Below, piece by piece: positions 1-10,897 of a stretch of DNA of 64,000 nt. How positions within the stretch are numbered: position 1 is the stretch's first letter; each line of letters starts with the position of its first letter. The position numbers and the translations under genes are program-made. The stretch comes from Desulfomonilia bacterium (lineage in GTDB: Bacteria; Desulfobacterota; Desulfomonilia; UBA1062): contig CAXXDQ010000008.1 in NCBI GenBank assembly GCA_963664325.2, positions 128,001 through 192,000 of the forward strand, written 5' to 3'. The notes beneath the pieces were generated by a model, which was not told the origin of the DNA, searched no databases, and worked only from the letters and a program-made list of their open reading frames with translations.

Positions 1-710
1 GGGCGAGGTTTTTGATTGTGACGTGTCCAGGAAAGAGGATGTTGAGCGCATGGCGGACTACTGCTTTTCAACCTGGAAACGCGTCGACCTGCTGGTCAAT
101 AACGCCGGGGTGGTAGCGGCCGGATTTACCGGCGATATCAAGCTTGAGGACTGGCACTGGTGTGTCGGCATCAATTTCTGGGGCATGCTTTACGGCTGCC
201 ACAGCTTCATCCCGGGCATGAAGGTCCAGGGTGGTTGGACATATCATCAACATAGCCTCCTGTGGAGGGTTGTTCTCTCTGTCGGAGATGGGCCCCTATA
301 ATGTCACGAAAGCAGCCGTCATTTCCCTGTCGGAAACCATCCGTACCGAGCTGGCACCCCATAATATAGGCGTGACTGTGGTCTGTCCAATGTTCTTCAA
401 AACCAACCTTCTTGACAACATGCGGTATATAGATAAGTTCCAGATTGAGTTCGCACGTTGTGCCTTTGAACACGGCCGCTTGAGCGCGGAGCAAATTGCA
501 GAGATGACCATAAAGGCTTATGAAAAGAACCGGCTCTACCTGATCCCTCAATTTACAGGGAAAATCTTCTGGATTTTAAAACGCCTGTCGCCGAGCATTT
601 TTTATCGTGCCATAGCCTCTGCCATGAAAAAAAGTTACAGCGAGAAGCTTGCCCTCTTCATGACGCCGCATAGGTTTGATGTAGGCATAAGCAAACCCAC
701 TGAACCCTAA
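1..710 (+). CDS. SDR family oxidoreductase (5' truncated by window edge; frameshifted near 230)
   Basis: ORF 23-301 has VDLLVNNAG and ORF 231-710 has GHIINIAS and YxxxK (YNVTK): one SDR split over two frames. Confidence 0.85.
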
Positions 711-889
711 CGGTAATCTTATATATGCGTCATCGAGCGCTTGATATTTTTCACCATCTTCACGATTTGCCATTTTACCAAGAAGATATATAATCTCTAA
801 CTCCCAATAACTGAGAAAAGTATTGCCCTATAAAGACAATCTTTTTCCAACATGTACCCAGGGAGCAGAATGATAACAAAGAGATAGCA

Positions 890-905
890 TGGCATCTTTC
901 TTGCT
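890..905 (+). promoter_or_regulatory. sigma54 (-24/-12) promoter
   Basis: TGGCATCTTTCTTGCT matches TGGCACG-N4-TTGCW about 100 bp upstream of the activase start. Confidence 0.65.
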
Positions 906-1006
906 CGTTTACTGTCAGACAAAATTCGGGCGGAAGGGAACCGGATGGAAAATAATGACATTACCAGCGCATTTAATCTGTTGAAGGCAATCTGATCGGG
1001 GGGCCC

Positions 1007-4000
1007 ATGAAGAATTTCCTGCTTGGTATCGATCTGGGATCTGTCTCCCTCAAGATAGTCGTTATGCTCCCGGCGGGTGAGATAATTTATACCTCTTATA
1101 TCCCGACCGGAGGTTAAACCCCAGGAAGCCGCTCTTAATACCCTTAAGGACTTGCACAAATCTTTGGGAGACATCGCATTTGCCGGTATAATCGTAACAG
1201 GCAGCGGCAAGGCCCTGATTGCTGAGTGTCTCGGTTTGCCGAGCCTGAACGAGATTGTCACGCATGCACGGGCTTGCTGGGAACAGTTTCCTGATGTCGG
1301 AAGCATCATCGAGATTGGCGGACAGGATTCCAAATACATCGAGATCGCCCGGCGCGGGGACGGAAGACCGTTCATCGAGCGGCATGCCTTTAACGGCCTG
1401 TGTTCGGCAGGTACAGGGGCCTTCCTTGACCACCAGGCGCAGCGGCTGGGACTGGGCATCGAGGAGTTTTCACTCAAGGCAGCTTCTGCAGCGTATGTGC
1501 CTCCGATTGCGGGAAGATGCTCGGTCTTCGCCAAAAGCGACATGATCCACCTGCAACAGAAGGGGATAACGGGAGATGCCATATCAGCAGGACTCTGTCA
1601 TGCCCTGGCCCGCAACTATATCGCCACCCTCTGCAAGGGCAAACCTCCGGCAATACCAGTGGTCTTTCAGGGGGGCGTGGCTGCCAACCAGGGTATGCGA
1701 AGGGCTTTCGCATCGATCCTGGGCATCGGCGAGGATGAACTGATTATACCCGAACACCACAAGATTATGGGAGCCATCGGTGCCGCGCTGTTCGCACATG
1801 AACAACCGCTGGAAAAACCCATGGCACTGACTGTCGTTGATAAATGTTCTGGTTCAGGTTCCACCCCTCGAACATACAACAAAAAAACCCCGGCTGAGTT
1901 CACCAACCGGGGGAAAAGATTGAGCGGCATGCGCTTAAGGCATCCGAAAGCGCTTATCTCGGGCTGGATGTGGGTTCAGTAACCACCAAGGCAGTGCTTA
2001 TGACCGCACAAGGGGAACTCATTGCTTATGCTAACGTGCCTACCCGCTCCAATCCTATCGAGGCCGGCAGGGAAGTCCTTGTATCCATTGGCAGGGGATT
2101 CGAGAGTCCTCCCCGCATATCAGGTTTTTACGCTACAGGTTCAGGCCGCCACCTGGTCCGCGGCCTCTACGGGGTGGATGGCTGCATAGATGAAATCAGC
2201 GCCCAGGCCCGCTCAGTAAGAGAATTGAACAGGGATGTGGATACCATAATCGAGATAGGCGGCCAGGACTCCAAGTTCATCCGTCTGAAGGATGGAGAGG
2301 TGCATGACTTTGTCATGAACCGTATGTGCGCAGCAGGCACGGGCTCGTTTCTGGCTGAACAGGCCGACCGTCTGAAGGTGGATATCGAGGACGAGTTTGC
2401 TGCACTGGCTATAAAAGCTCAGGCACCGGTGAACCTGGGCACACGCTGCACCGTGTTCATGGACTCGGACCTCGTACATCATATCCAGCTGGGTAAGGAA
2501 AAACAGGACCTGTGCGCCGGCCTGGCATATTCGATTGCCCAGAACTACCTCGATATGGTGGTGCGTTCACGTCCGATCGGTACAAATGTAATCTTCCAGG
2601 GCGGAGTGGCCAGCAATGCAGCCGTGCATGCCGCCTTTGAAGCCATTCTCGAACGGCCTATCACCGTGCACCCTTATCCCACTCATTCCGGCGCCATCGG
2701 GGCCGCTCTGATCGCCAGAGATGAAATGGCCGACAGGGCCTCTTGCTTTTCCGGTTTTATGCATCTCGATCAGCATTATGCTCTGGAGAGTTTCGTCTGC
2801 AGCGAATGCGAAAATGCCTGCGAGATCAAGCGTGTGAAGTCGGAAAGGCCGGCCAGCTTTGGATCAATCTGCGGCAAATACGAGACAGTTCCCCACGGAA
2901 AAAATAGGCCTGAGTCATTGTTTTCCCTGCGTAGGAGATGGCTCTTTGACGATTATCCCGTCCGGACATCTCGGCATGCGCGCGGTGATATCGGACTGCC
3001 CTTGGGTATCGGCATGCATGAACAGCTCCCGTTCTGGAAGACCTTTTTTGCCGCCCTTGGTTTCAACCCTGTTGTCTCCGGCGCAACCACAAGGGCCATT
3101 GCTGAACAGGGGGCGCAGAAATTGCCTGTGGAAACCTGCATGTCTGTCAAGATCCTTTACGGCCATGCCCTGCATCTTGCCGGAAAGGGATACCGCCTCT
3201 TTGTACCTCATACGGCGAAACAAAAGCCCGACGGCGAGAATGAGGCCTGCTTCCTCTGCCCTTATGCCCAGGCCAGCGGCTATATCATCCGCTCAAAGAT
3301 ATGCCGTGAGACGATTATACTCTCCTATCCGGGAGATGCCGCCGATGATGGCTGGGTTCATGCCGCTTCCCGCGCCATGGCGATAGACAAACGTGAAGTG
3401 GCGGGCGCTCTTGAACAGGCGAGGGCCGCCATGCGTGAATTCAAGCGGCGTTGCCGCGCGCATGGGCAGCTGGTGCTTAAGGACCTCAGTGAGTCGCAAA
3501 AAACAGGCATCGTCATTATCGGACGGCCCTATGTACTGGGCGACAGCTACATCACCATGGACCTGTCACGCCAGCTCGAGAGGCTGGGAAACGTGCCCAT
3601 CCCCATGGATTTCCTGGATATGGACAAGATAGAAGTCCCGTCTTTCTTCGAGGACATGCACTGGTACATGGGCCGGCAGGCCCTTAAGGCCGCTGAATAT
3701 GTACGCGGCAATAAAAACCTGGCCTGTATATCGCTGACAACCTTCGGATGCGGACCTGATGCCTTCATATGCCAGTACCTGGAGTCTGTTCTGCAGCATG
3801 CCCCGCACCTTGTCCTGGAGTTCGACGAACACCGCGCCGATACGGGCATGGTAACCCGTCTTGAGGCCTTCCTGCGTACACTCGGGCCTGCCGAACGCTT
3901 CACCCGTGCGGATGTCTACCTCAACAAGGGGCCTGTTTGCAAAGACCGCTCACTGCGTGATTACCGCTATTTCATCCAGCATTTCTCCGACCATGCATAT

Positions 4001-5134
4001 GCCTTTGCCGGGTCTCTGCGGGCTGTAGGCTGTCAGGCTGATGTTCTGCCTGAGACGGATGATTCGTCCATACGTCTGGCCAAGGGCTATGCCCACGGCA
4101 ATGAATGTCATCCCTACCACTCGGTACTGGGCGATCTGCTGCGGCTCGTCGCTCAACCTGGATTCAATCCCGCCGGTGCAGCTTACTTCTCGCCTAAATA
4201 TGACGGACCATGTCTTCTTAACCAGTACGGGACAGCCATCCGTATCATCATGGAAAACATCGGTGCAGGGGATGTCGCTCTGCTCAATATCGGGAACATG
4301 GCCGTCATGGATGAGCTCTTCCCGGTTTATCCCGTTTACCTGGCAAGATCCAGCTATGCCATTGATCGGCTCAGCAAGTGGGCGGCCGAAATCAGGCCCT
4401 ACGAAAGGCGGCACGGTGAGGTCCGCGCGGTGCACCAGCATAATATGGAACTCCTTCTGCAACGGATGCAGCAGCGACGACTTGACGCCGGTATCAGGGA
4501 GGCCGTTGCCAGCATGCAGGCCATCGCGCTGTCAGAACGGCGTGACCTGCCGGTGATCGGAATCGTCGGGGACATTTATACACGCCTCAATGCGCATGCC
4601 AACTTCGGACTTGCCGATAAACTCAACGCAAACGGATTCGAAGTCTGGACATCGGCCCTGATCATGGACGTTGTTCTGCTTGGCTACGAGCAGCGCTCCA
4701 GAGACCTGCTCGATAGGGGACAGCGCCTGAAAGGTATCATTGCCCGGGGATACCTTCCGGCAGCACGCATATTGCGAGCCAGCGTGGACCGCTACTTTCC
4801 TGATATAATCCGTACCCCGCAGGAGTCGCCATTTCCCGATGTCAATCGACGGATCGCTTCCTATATCGACCACCGAGTGGACAAGTTCATCAGCCTGAAC
4901 ATCAACCGCATCGGCGAGTTCCGGCAGGCCGGTGCGGATGGCGTGCTCAATGTCATGTGTCCGGGGTGCATGGTAGGGACTGTAAGCGAGGCCTTTTTCC
5001 CGGAACTCAGGCGGCAATATGCCGATCTGCCCCTGGAGTCGCTTTCCTTCGGTGACCAGCAGAGTACGCATGTCGACAACAGACTTGAGGCTTTCTGTTA
5101 TCTGGTGAAGGAATCCCGGACACGCACCGGATGA
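1007..5134 (+). CDS. acyl-CoA dehydratase activase-like protein (two BcrAD/BadFG ASKHA domains + DUF2229 + dehydratase-like C-terminus), frameshifted near 1115 and 1900-1970
   Basis: ATG 1007 gives MKNFLLGIDLGSVS; two IEIGGQDSK / CxAGTGxFL / CxVF motif sets; FGCGPDA and EFDEH motifs. Confidence 0.85.
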
Positions 5135-5255
5135 AATGAGAACAAAAATATCTCCTTGACACGGTCTTTTTTGGAGTCCAATTTGATGGCGGATACTAAG
5201 GGGCTTCAGGAAACATTCTACCATTAATCTTTTTAACCGGAAAAGGAGAAAGACC

Positions 5256-5468
5256 ATGGCCGAGAGTGTTTACAAAATCATTGAAGTGGTGGGATCCAGT
5301 AAAGTCTCATGGGAAGATGCGGCGAAAAATGCCGTAGAAACGGCTTCAAAGAACCTGAAAGAACTGCGCATCGCCGAAATCGTGAAACTCGACCTGACTA
5401 TTGAAAACGGTAAAGTGGCTACTTACCGGGCGCGGGTCAGTTTATCGTTTAAATATGTCCCGGATTAA
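5256..5468 (+). CDS. dodecin family flavin-binding protein
   Basis: 70 aa, SVYKIIEVVGSS..SWEDAAKNAV signature; AGGAG SD. Confidence 0.92.
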   Translation: MAESVYKIIEVVGSSKVSWEDAAKNAVETASKNLKELRIAEIVKLDLTIENGKVATYRARVSLSFKYVPD

Positions 5469-5807
5469 ACATCTCATAACAGTTTGATCCTTTCTTATTT
5501 GAAATAAACATAAATATTTATTGCGCCTGATTTGAACGGATTGTGAAGCGGTTTTATCTGGAACCGCTGTGATTATTTCCATATCTAATCTCAATTAAAG
5601 CTGCAACCTTTACCCGGATTCTCAAGGCAGGAATCTTCCTGACGCATCTTTTGCTAAACCATGGGCACGGCATTTAACTTCTTTTGGCCGTTTTCCCATT
5701 GACATGAACTGCAGTCATGCCCCATGCTTTTCCCACGAAAAGACGATATTATCTCCGACACCTGGATTAACCGGTTCGATCTGAAAATAGTTTTCAAGGA
5801 GATTGAT

Positions 5808-7187
5808 ATGGTAAATAATGGAGTTAAGGAAGCCTTCACTGCCACCATGAAGCCGGACCGGATACCGTTCGGTATCAAACTCAGCTATGGAATAGGGGAC
5901 ATATCCAACAACATATTTATTGTCACTACAGGGATGTACCTTCTGTTCTTCCTGACCAATGTCGTGGGAGTCAACCCGGCCCTTGCAGGCACCATGCTGC
6001 TCTTTCCGAAGCTCCTGGACGTTGTCCTGGACCCCATCATGGGCATGATATCCGACGTCACGCGCTCGCGCTTCGGCAGGAGGCGTGTGTACCTGCTCTA
6101 CGGGGCCGTTCCTTTCGGCGTCAGCTTTTTTGCAATCTTCATCGTCCCGGGATTTCAGGCAGAGTTTGCCAAGGCCCTGCAAGTGTCGCTGCTCTTCGCT
6201 CTGGGATGTACTATTTTTGCAATGGTCAACGTCCCCTATGCCAGCATGGTCCCGGAGATGTCCGACAATTACAACGAGCGGATATCCATAACCTCGTTCC
6301 GCATGTCATTTGCATCCATCGGGGCGCTGCTGGCTGGAGGGTTGACAATGTTGCTGGTAAAAGCGGGCGGAGGCGGTGCGCACGGTTTTCGCCTTATGGG
6401 TGGCGTCTTCGGTGTTATGATTGTTATCTCCTGCCTGGTTTGCTTCTTCGGCACAAGGAAGGCCACCAGCCTGCCTCCCCATAAAGAAACACCGCCCTTG
6501 AAACAGCAGATAAGAATAGTCTTCAAGAACTATCCATTCCTGATGCTGATGTCGAGTTATTTCATGCAGGCGCTTGCCATAGGCGTGATGATGGCCGGCT
6601 TTATTTACTACGTCAAGTATGCCATGGCTCTGCCTGAGACGATCATGAATACTGCTTTCCCCATCTTCATGATAACCGGCTTGCTCTTCATCCCTGTCTG
6701 GCTGGCAGTGGGCAAGCGGCTCGGCAAGATAAAATCCTATTATATCGGGCTGGGCATCTTCACCGTTGCGATGGGGTCGCTTTTCTTTACTGATGCAGCA
6801 TTGCTTTGGCTGTTCTATGCCCAGATATTCCTGGCCGGGGTGGGCTTTTCGAGCTTCCAGCTCTTCCCCTTCTCCATGCTCCCCGATACAGTGGAGTATG
6901 ACCAGATGCAGTCCGGTCTCAGACGCGAGGGAGTGTTCTCGGGGATGTGGTCGGCCGGACAGAAGATAGCCTATTCGGTGGGGCCCCCGATCGTAGGCTT
7001 TGCCCTGGCACTTTCCGGTTTTGTTGAGAAAGGGGTCCAACCAGCCACTCTTAATACAGGTGTGCGTGCGATATTTTGCCTCTTCCCGGCGGTCATGATA
7101 TTGCTCAGCTTTATCCCTTTTAGAAAATACAAGCTCACAGAGGAGGAGTTCGAAAAAGTGAAGGCGAAAATCCTTAAGCCGCAATAG
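5808..7187 (+). CDS. MFS glycoside-pentoside-hexuronide (MelB-like) cation symporter
   Basis: LSYGIGD, DPIMGxxSDxTRSRFGRRR, DTVEY..G.RREG motifs; ~12 hydrophobic segments; AAGGAG SD before ATG 5808. Confidence 0.9.
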   Translation: MVNNGVKEAFTATMKPDRIPFGIKLSYGIGDISNNIFIVTTGMYLLFFLTNVVGVNPALAGTMLLFPKLLDVVLDPIMGMISDVTRSRFGRRRVYLLYGAVPFGVSFFAIFIVPGFQAEFAKALQVSLLFALGCTIFAMVNVPYASMVPEMSDNYNERISITSFRMSFASIGALLAGGLTMLLVKAGGGGAHGFRLMGGVFGVMIVISCLVCFFGTRKATSLPPHKETPPLKQQIRIVFKNYPFLMLMSSYFMQALAIGVMMAGFIYYVKYAMALPETIMNTAFPIFMITGLLFIPVWLAVGKRLGKIKSYYIGLGIFTVAMGSLFFTDAALLWLFYAQIFLAGVGFSSFQLFPFSMLPDTVEYDQMQSGLRREGVFSGMWSAGQKIAYSVGPPIVGFALALSGFVEKGVQPATLNTGVRAIFCLFPAVMILLSFIPFRKYKLTEEEFEKVKAKILKPQ

Positions 7188-7286
7188 GGGATATGCATAT
7201 AAGGCTACCCGTTAAAAGGCTTCCATAAAAAGGAATTTACAAGCTCGGTTCGTTGAATTATTTTTAAACACCATCTTTTCGAAGAC

Positions 7287-7362
7287 AAAAAAAATGCAGA
7301 TCATTGACGACCTGCAACATATGAGGAGGTTCTACAGGAATGTAACTTGAAGAACCTGATAT
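7287..7362 (-). ncRNA. candidate small RNA
   Basis: On the minus strand: TATAAG box, then a hairpin, ACCTCCT, and the terminator TGCAGGTCG-TCAA-TGATCTGCA-T8; no ORF. Confidence 0.35.
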
Positions 7363-7732
7363 TGCTTATAGACATATTTTTAAAAACTTAACACCAATTA
7401 TTTTAATATTTTTATATTTATTTCGTATATCCCCTATGATTTTCAGAAAAGGAATTCGCAAAAAGTTTAAGTATCAAGCATGAAACCGGTTTATCATAAT
7501 GACAGGACTTACGGGAATTCTTGCCGGAAACGCTGATTTGCCGGTCATTGTAATTACCTGGATCATAAATCGCATTCAAGGTTCGATTTGAGCCGGAGCC
7601 TGAATATAACCGGGTCCTTTGCTTAATATGGTTTTACATCTCGCGGGTTAAAGCTTTGTAGAAAAGATTAAGATCTGATCATCATAAAAAATAGTTTTGA
7701 TAGATGGTATTATCGTGGGGATGATTTCCAGA

Positions 7733-7766
7733 AAAAGAAAGGAGTCAGGTAATTCTACCTAACCCC
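7733..7766 (-). terminator. rho-independent terminator downstream of the tRNA-Glu 3' copy
   Basis: Minus strand GGGGTTAGGTAG-AAT-TACCTGACTCC followed by TTTCTTTTT. Confidence 0.6.
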
Positions 7767-7773
7767 ATGAGGA

Positions 7774-7825
7774 TGTTTGGCGGTCCCAAGGGGATTCGAA
7801 CCCCTGTTACCGGCGTGAGAGGCCA
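7774..7825 (-). repeat. att site (left): 52-bp duplicate of the tRNA-Glu 3' half
   Basis: TGTTTGGCGGTCCCAAGGGGATTCGAACCCCTGTTACCGGCGTGAGAGGCCA is identical to 19761-19812. Confidence 0.95.
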
Positions 7826-7846
7826 TTACTAGCACCTTTTTCCCTG

Positions 7847-7986
7847 TTTACCTCAATTTACCTGAAGTGCCTATATGATGGCTAGCAATGCCTATCTAAT
7901 GAATATTTAATTAACTTTACTTTACCTGAAATTACTTGTAAATATCACCTGGGTGTGGGGGATAGTGTGGGGGAAGGTGTGGGGGA
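7847..7986 (+). repeat. putative integrase arm-type and Xis binding sites
   Basis: GTGTGGGGGA x3 with 12-bp period (7953, 7965, 7977), also at the other island end (19686, 19698); TTTACCT at 7847, 7857 and 7921. Confidence 0.7.
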
Positions 7987-7999
7987 CAGGAGGTCAGAC

Positions 8000-9202
8000 A
8001 TGCCAAAGCAGGTAAGATTTGAAACAAAGTATCCGGGAGTATTTTTCATAAACGCTCAAGGCGAAACTGGTATTGAGAAGGTCTATTATATCCGCTACAG
8101 GAAGAACAGCAAACTTATCGAAGAAAAAGCTGGCTGGCAAAAGCGGGATGATATGACACCTGCCAGAGCGAACAATCTTAGAGTTGAGAGGCTTGAAGGA
8201 CGCCAGAGAACCAATGCAGAGCGCCGGGCAGAGGAAGTGGCTGCAAGAAAGGCGGAAGATTCAACCTGGACATTTAACCGTCTGTTCGGGCGTTATATCA
8301 AAGATAAATCTATTACAGACGAAAAAGAGCTTATTGATAAAGAGATTAAGGATGATGACCTCGATAAGATCGTTGCAGCGATGAAGTTCAAGAAGCCCGC
8401 TCAAATAGACATATCGAGATACAGGAAGTTCATTCAGAAACCCCTAGGAGATAAACAACCTCATGAAATCTTATTGCTGGATATTGACCGGATGCGCCTT
8501 AAATTATCCAAGACTTATAAACCTCAGACCGTAAAGCATGTGCTTAACCTGATAACAAGAATATCGAACTACGGTCACAAGAAAGGTTTATGTGAAGGCC
8601 TTGGCTTCTCAGTACAGAAACCCCGTGTTGACAATGTGGTCACGGAAGACCTTTCCCCTGATGAGTTGAGAAGGCTTCTCATAGCGATAGAGGCAGACCC
8701 GAACTGGACAGTTGCAAACATGATGCTCATGGCCTTGCATACAGGAATGAGGCGTGGCGAGCTTCTTAAATTGAAATGGGATGACATCAACTTCAATACA
8801 GGCTTCATAACGATCAGGAGTCCCAAGGGCGGGCGTGATGCCATGATACCTATAAGCCAGAAGGCCGGTGAGCTTTTAGATTCCATTGAGAGATTAGACA
8901 GCCCGTTCGTATTCCCTGGAGATAAGGGAAATCAGCGCGCACAGATATATCATGTTGTGAGTAGAATAAAAAAACGAGCTGGCTTGCCTAAAAGTTTCCG
9001 GCCCATGCACGGTTTAAGGCACGCCTATGCCTCGATGCTGGCTTCATCCGGGCAGGTTGATATCTACACCCTGCAGAAGCTCATGACGCATAAAGACTTC
9101 AGGATGACGCAACGATATGCCCATCTGAGAGATGAGACCTTAAAGAAGGCGTCAGGTATCGTAGGCGATATTATGGACGATGCAATGGAAAAGACCGGGT
9201 GA
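8000..9202 (+). CDS. tyrosine recombinase / phage-type integrase
   Basis: TGMRRGEL, HGLRH, LMTH and TQRY catalytic motifs; N-terminal arm-binding region; AGGAGG SD. Confidence 0.95.
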   Translation: MPKQVRFETKYPGVFFINAQGETGIEKVYYIRYRKNSKLIEEKAGWQKRDDMTPARANNLRVERLEGRQRTNAERRAEEVAARKAEDSTWTFNRLFGRYIKDKSITDEKELIDKEIKDDDLDKIVAAMKFKKPAQIDISRYRKFIQKPLGDKQPHEILLLDIDRMRLKLSKTYKPQTVKHVLNLITRISNYGHKKGLCEGLGFSVQKPRVDNVVTEDLSPDELRRLLIAIEADPNWTVANMMLMALHTGMRRGELLKLKWDDINFNTGFITIRSPKGGRDAMIPISQKAGELLDSIERLDSPFVFPGDKGNQRAQIYHVVSRIKKRAGLPKSFRPMHGLRHAYASMLASSGQVDIYTLQKLMTHKDFRMTQRYAHLRDETLKKASGIVGDIMDDAMEKTG

Positions 9203-9322
9203 TAAACTCGTTTGATTGTAAATAGGATAATGAACTTACTCCTTAATGACAAACCCGACAAAAGGGACAAAAACCATTTATCACAGTTGAATCAACTTAA
9301 CAAATATGTTAATAACATTCCT

Positions 9323-9658
9323 ATGTCTTGGACGATAGAATATTATAGCGGGAAGGTTCAGGAAGATATTTATTCTCTTCCTGCAAGCCTTCAGGCTCGC
9401 TATATTCATCTATCTGAAAGGATGCTCGTATATGGCGCGAACCTGAAAGAACCACACACAAAAGCGCTGGAAGATGGTCTGTTTGAGTTAAGACTAAAAG
9501 GCAAAGAGGGGATTGCACGTGTTCTTTACTGTACGGCTATTGGAAGCAAGATCGTCATGCTTCATTGTTTCATAAAGAAAACGGATAAAATTCCCAAGAG
9601 AGAACTAGAGACAGCAAAACACCGCATGATGGAGGTGAAGCAGAATGTTAACTCATGA
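9323..9658 (+). CDS. higB: RelE/ParE (Gp49/HigB-like) toxin
   Basis: PHTKALEDGLFELR, RVLYC, LHCFIKKTDK motifs; toxin-first order; palindromic TTAACAAATATGTTAA operator upstream. Confidence 0.88.
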   Translation: MSWTIEYYSGKVQEDIYSLPASLQARYIHLSERMLVYGANLKEPHTKALEDGLFELRLKGKEGIARVLYCTAIGSKIVMLHCFIKKTDKIPKRELETAKHRMMEVKQNVNS

Positions 9659-9947
9659 TAAATTTGTTAAAAAGATGTTGAGTAACCCGATCGTTAAGGC
9701 CGAATATGTCGCCCTTGAAGAAGAATTTATATTTCTTGATGAATGCCTGAAAGCGCGGAATGAAGCCGGGCTCACTCAAGCGGATGTTGCAGAACGCATG
9801 GGGACTAAAGCCCCGGCTGTAGCAAGGATAGAATCAGGCGGGGGAAGCAAGAAACATTCACCGTCCATAGCCACACTGCGTAAGTATGCAGAAGCCGTGG
9901 GATGTAAATTGAAAATTAAATTAGTACCAAAAAATAAAGCAGCATGA
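9645..9947 (+). CDS. higA: Xre-HTH antitoxin (HigA-like)
   Basis: AGLTQADVAERMGTKAPAVARIE...PSIATLRKYA; overlaps the toxin gene. Confidence 0.88.
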   Translation: MLTHDKFVKKMLSNPIVKAEYVALEEEFIFLDECLKARNEAGLTQADVAERMGTKAPAVARIESGGGSKKHSPSIATLRKYAEAVGCKLKIKLVPKNKAA

Positions 9948-9973
9948 CACGAACATTCAGGGGATAGGGAAAA

Positions 9974-10702
9974 ATGACAGTCAAAGGATATGACCTCCCA
10001 ATCTCCGAAGAACAATTGTTGGAGTATGTAAAGAACGGAGTGCTTACGCCTGTGGATAAGAATGGGCTCAGAGTCTTCCCTGTCAACATGAATCACTTTT
10101 ATCAGTTATATAATGAACTGAGGGGCGATATTGCAGAACTGGAATATGCAATTTTACAATCAAAAAAGACTAATCAGGAGTTTGAGATTGAAATACGGAG
10201 ATCGTTGGAACTTGATGGGAAAGCCCCCGAAGACTATGTAGCAGTAATAAACAACTTTCTTGAAAAGACACTACCCAGGAAACGGAAAAAGTTTGAGCAG
10301 GACATCAAGAAACTAACCCCGAAAGTAAAAAAACTTGAAAAAGAACTGCATCCAGCAATGGTGTGGAATGGCATTGACAGCCTTCCCCCCGGACTGTGGG
10401 AGCAGAATATCAAGCAACTGATTGACAGCTATTACGACAGGGAACAGATTGAACTATTAAAGCTCAAGGCCCCTGTGGAAGAAACTAATCCCTTATTCAT
10501 CAGCGATTCTCAATTGAGGGGCCAGGAATTGATAGGGAAAAAGGCGATCATGAATTATATTCACATAGGCACTAAAAGTGTAAAAACCTTTAAGCGCTTC
10601 GAAAATGATGGACTACCTGTTCATAGAAGGCCAGGGAAAAAAGGAAGGGGGAGGTTATACGCATTCACAAATGAGATAGCCTTGTGGCAAAGAAGAAAAT
10701 AG
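9974..10702 (+). CDS. hypothetical protein with C-terminal MerR/Xis-like winged HTH
   Basis: C-terminus IGKKAIMNY..SVKTFKRFE.DGLPVHR...LYAFTNEIALW; coiled-coil middle. Confidence 0.6.
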   Translation: MTVKGYDLPISEEQLLEYVKNGVLTPVDKNGLRVFPVNMNHFYQLYNELRGDIAELEYAILQSKKTNQEFEIEIRRSLELDGKAPEDYVAVINNFLEKTLPRKRKKFEQDIKKLTPKVKKLEKELHPAMVWNGIDSLPPGLWEQNIKQLIDSYYDREQIELLKLKAPVEETNPLFISDSQLRGQELIGKKAIMNYIHIGTKSVKTFKRFENDGLPVHRRPGKKGRGRLYAFTNEIALWQRRK

Positions 10703-10797
10703 TTGAAGATTGCTATATCCGCAAAAATTTACATTATCCCTGAAAAGCTTGTGTTTAACTGATTCTATCCCATATTAACCCTAAATAAATCTGCTAT

Positions 10798-10830
10798 ATC
10801 GGAACCACATCCGAACCCTATCCAAACCAC
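10798..10830 (+). repeat. three 11-bp tandem repeats upstream of the alpA-like gene (putative regulator binding site)
   Basis: ATCGGAACCAC / ATCCGAACCCT / ATCCAAACCAC. Confidence 0.55.
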
Positions 10831-10897
10831 ATTAGTTGAATTGCGGTTATTAGGGATGTGTATATGTAAAGGACATCTCAGGAACAAGGAGGATGCC

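Noticed and set aside
7953-7986. G-rich repeats as a CRISPR array or G-quadruplex element
   Set aside because: 10-bp units with 2-bp spacers that recur at the other island end fit integrase arm sites; no cas genes or true spacers anywhere in the window.
8000-9202. Island integrase as the integron integrase (IntI) for the attC sites
   Set aside because: It has a long arm-binding N-terminus, sits next to the tRNA att, and shows no IntI-specific insertion before the HxxR box; it is phage-type.
9280-9960. higBA as another integron cassette
   Set aside because: It looks leaderless and ends in GCATGAC, but no attC hairpin follows; unsupported.
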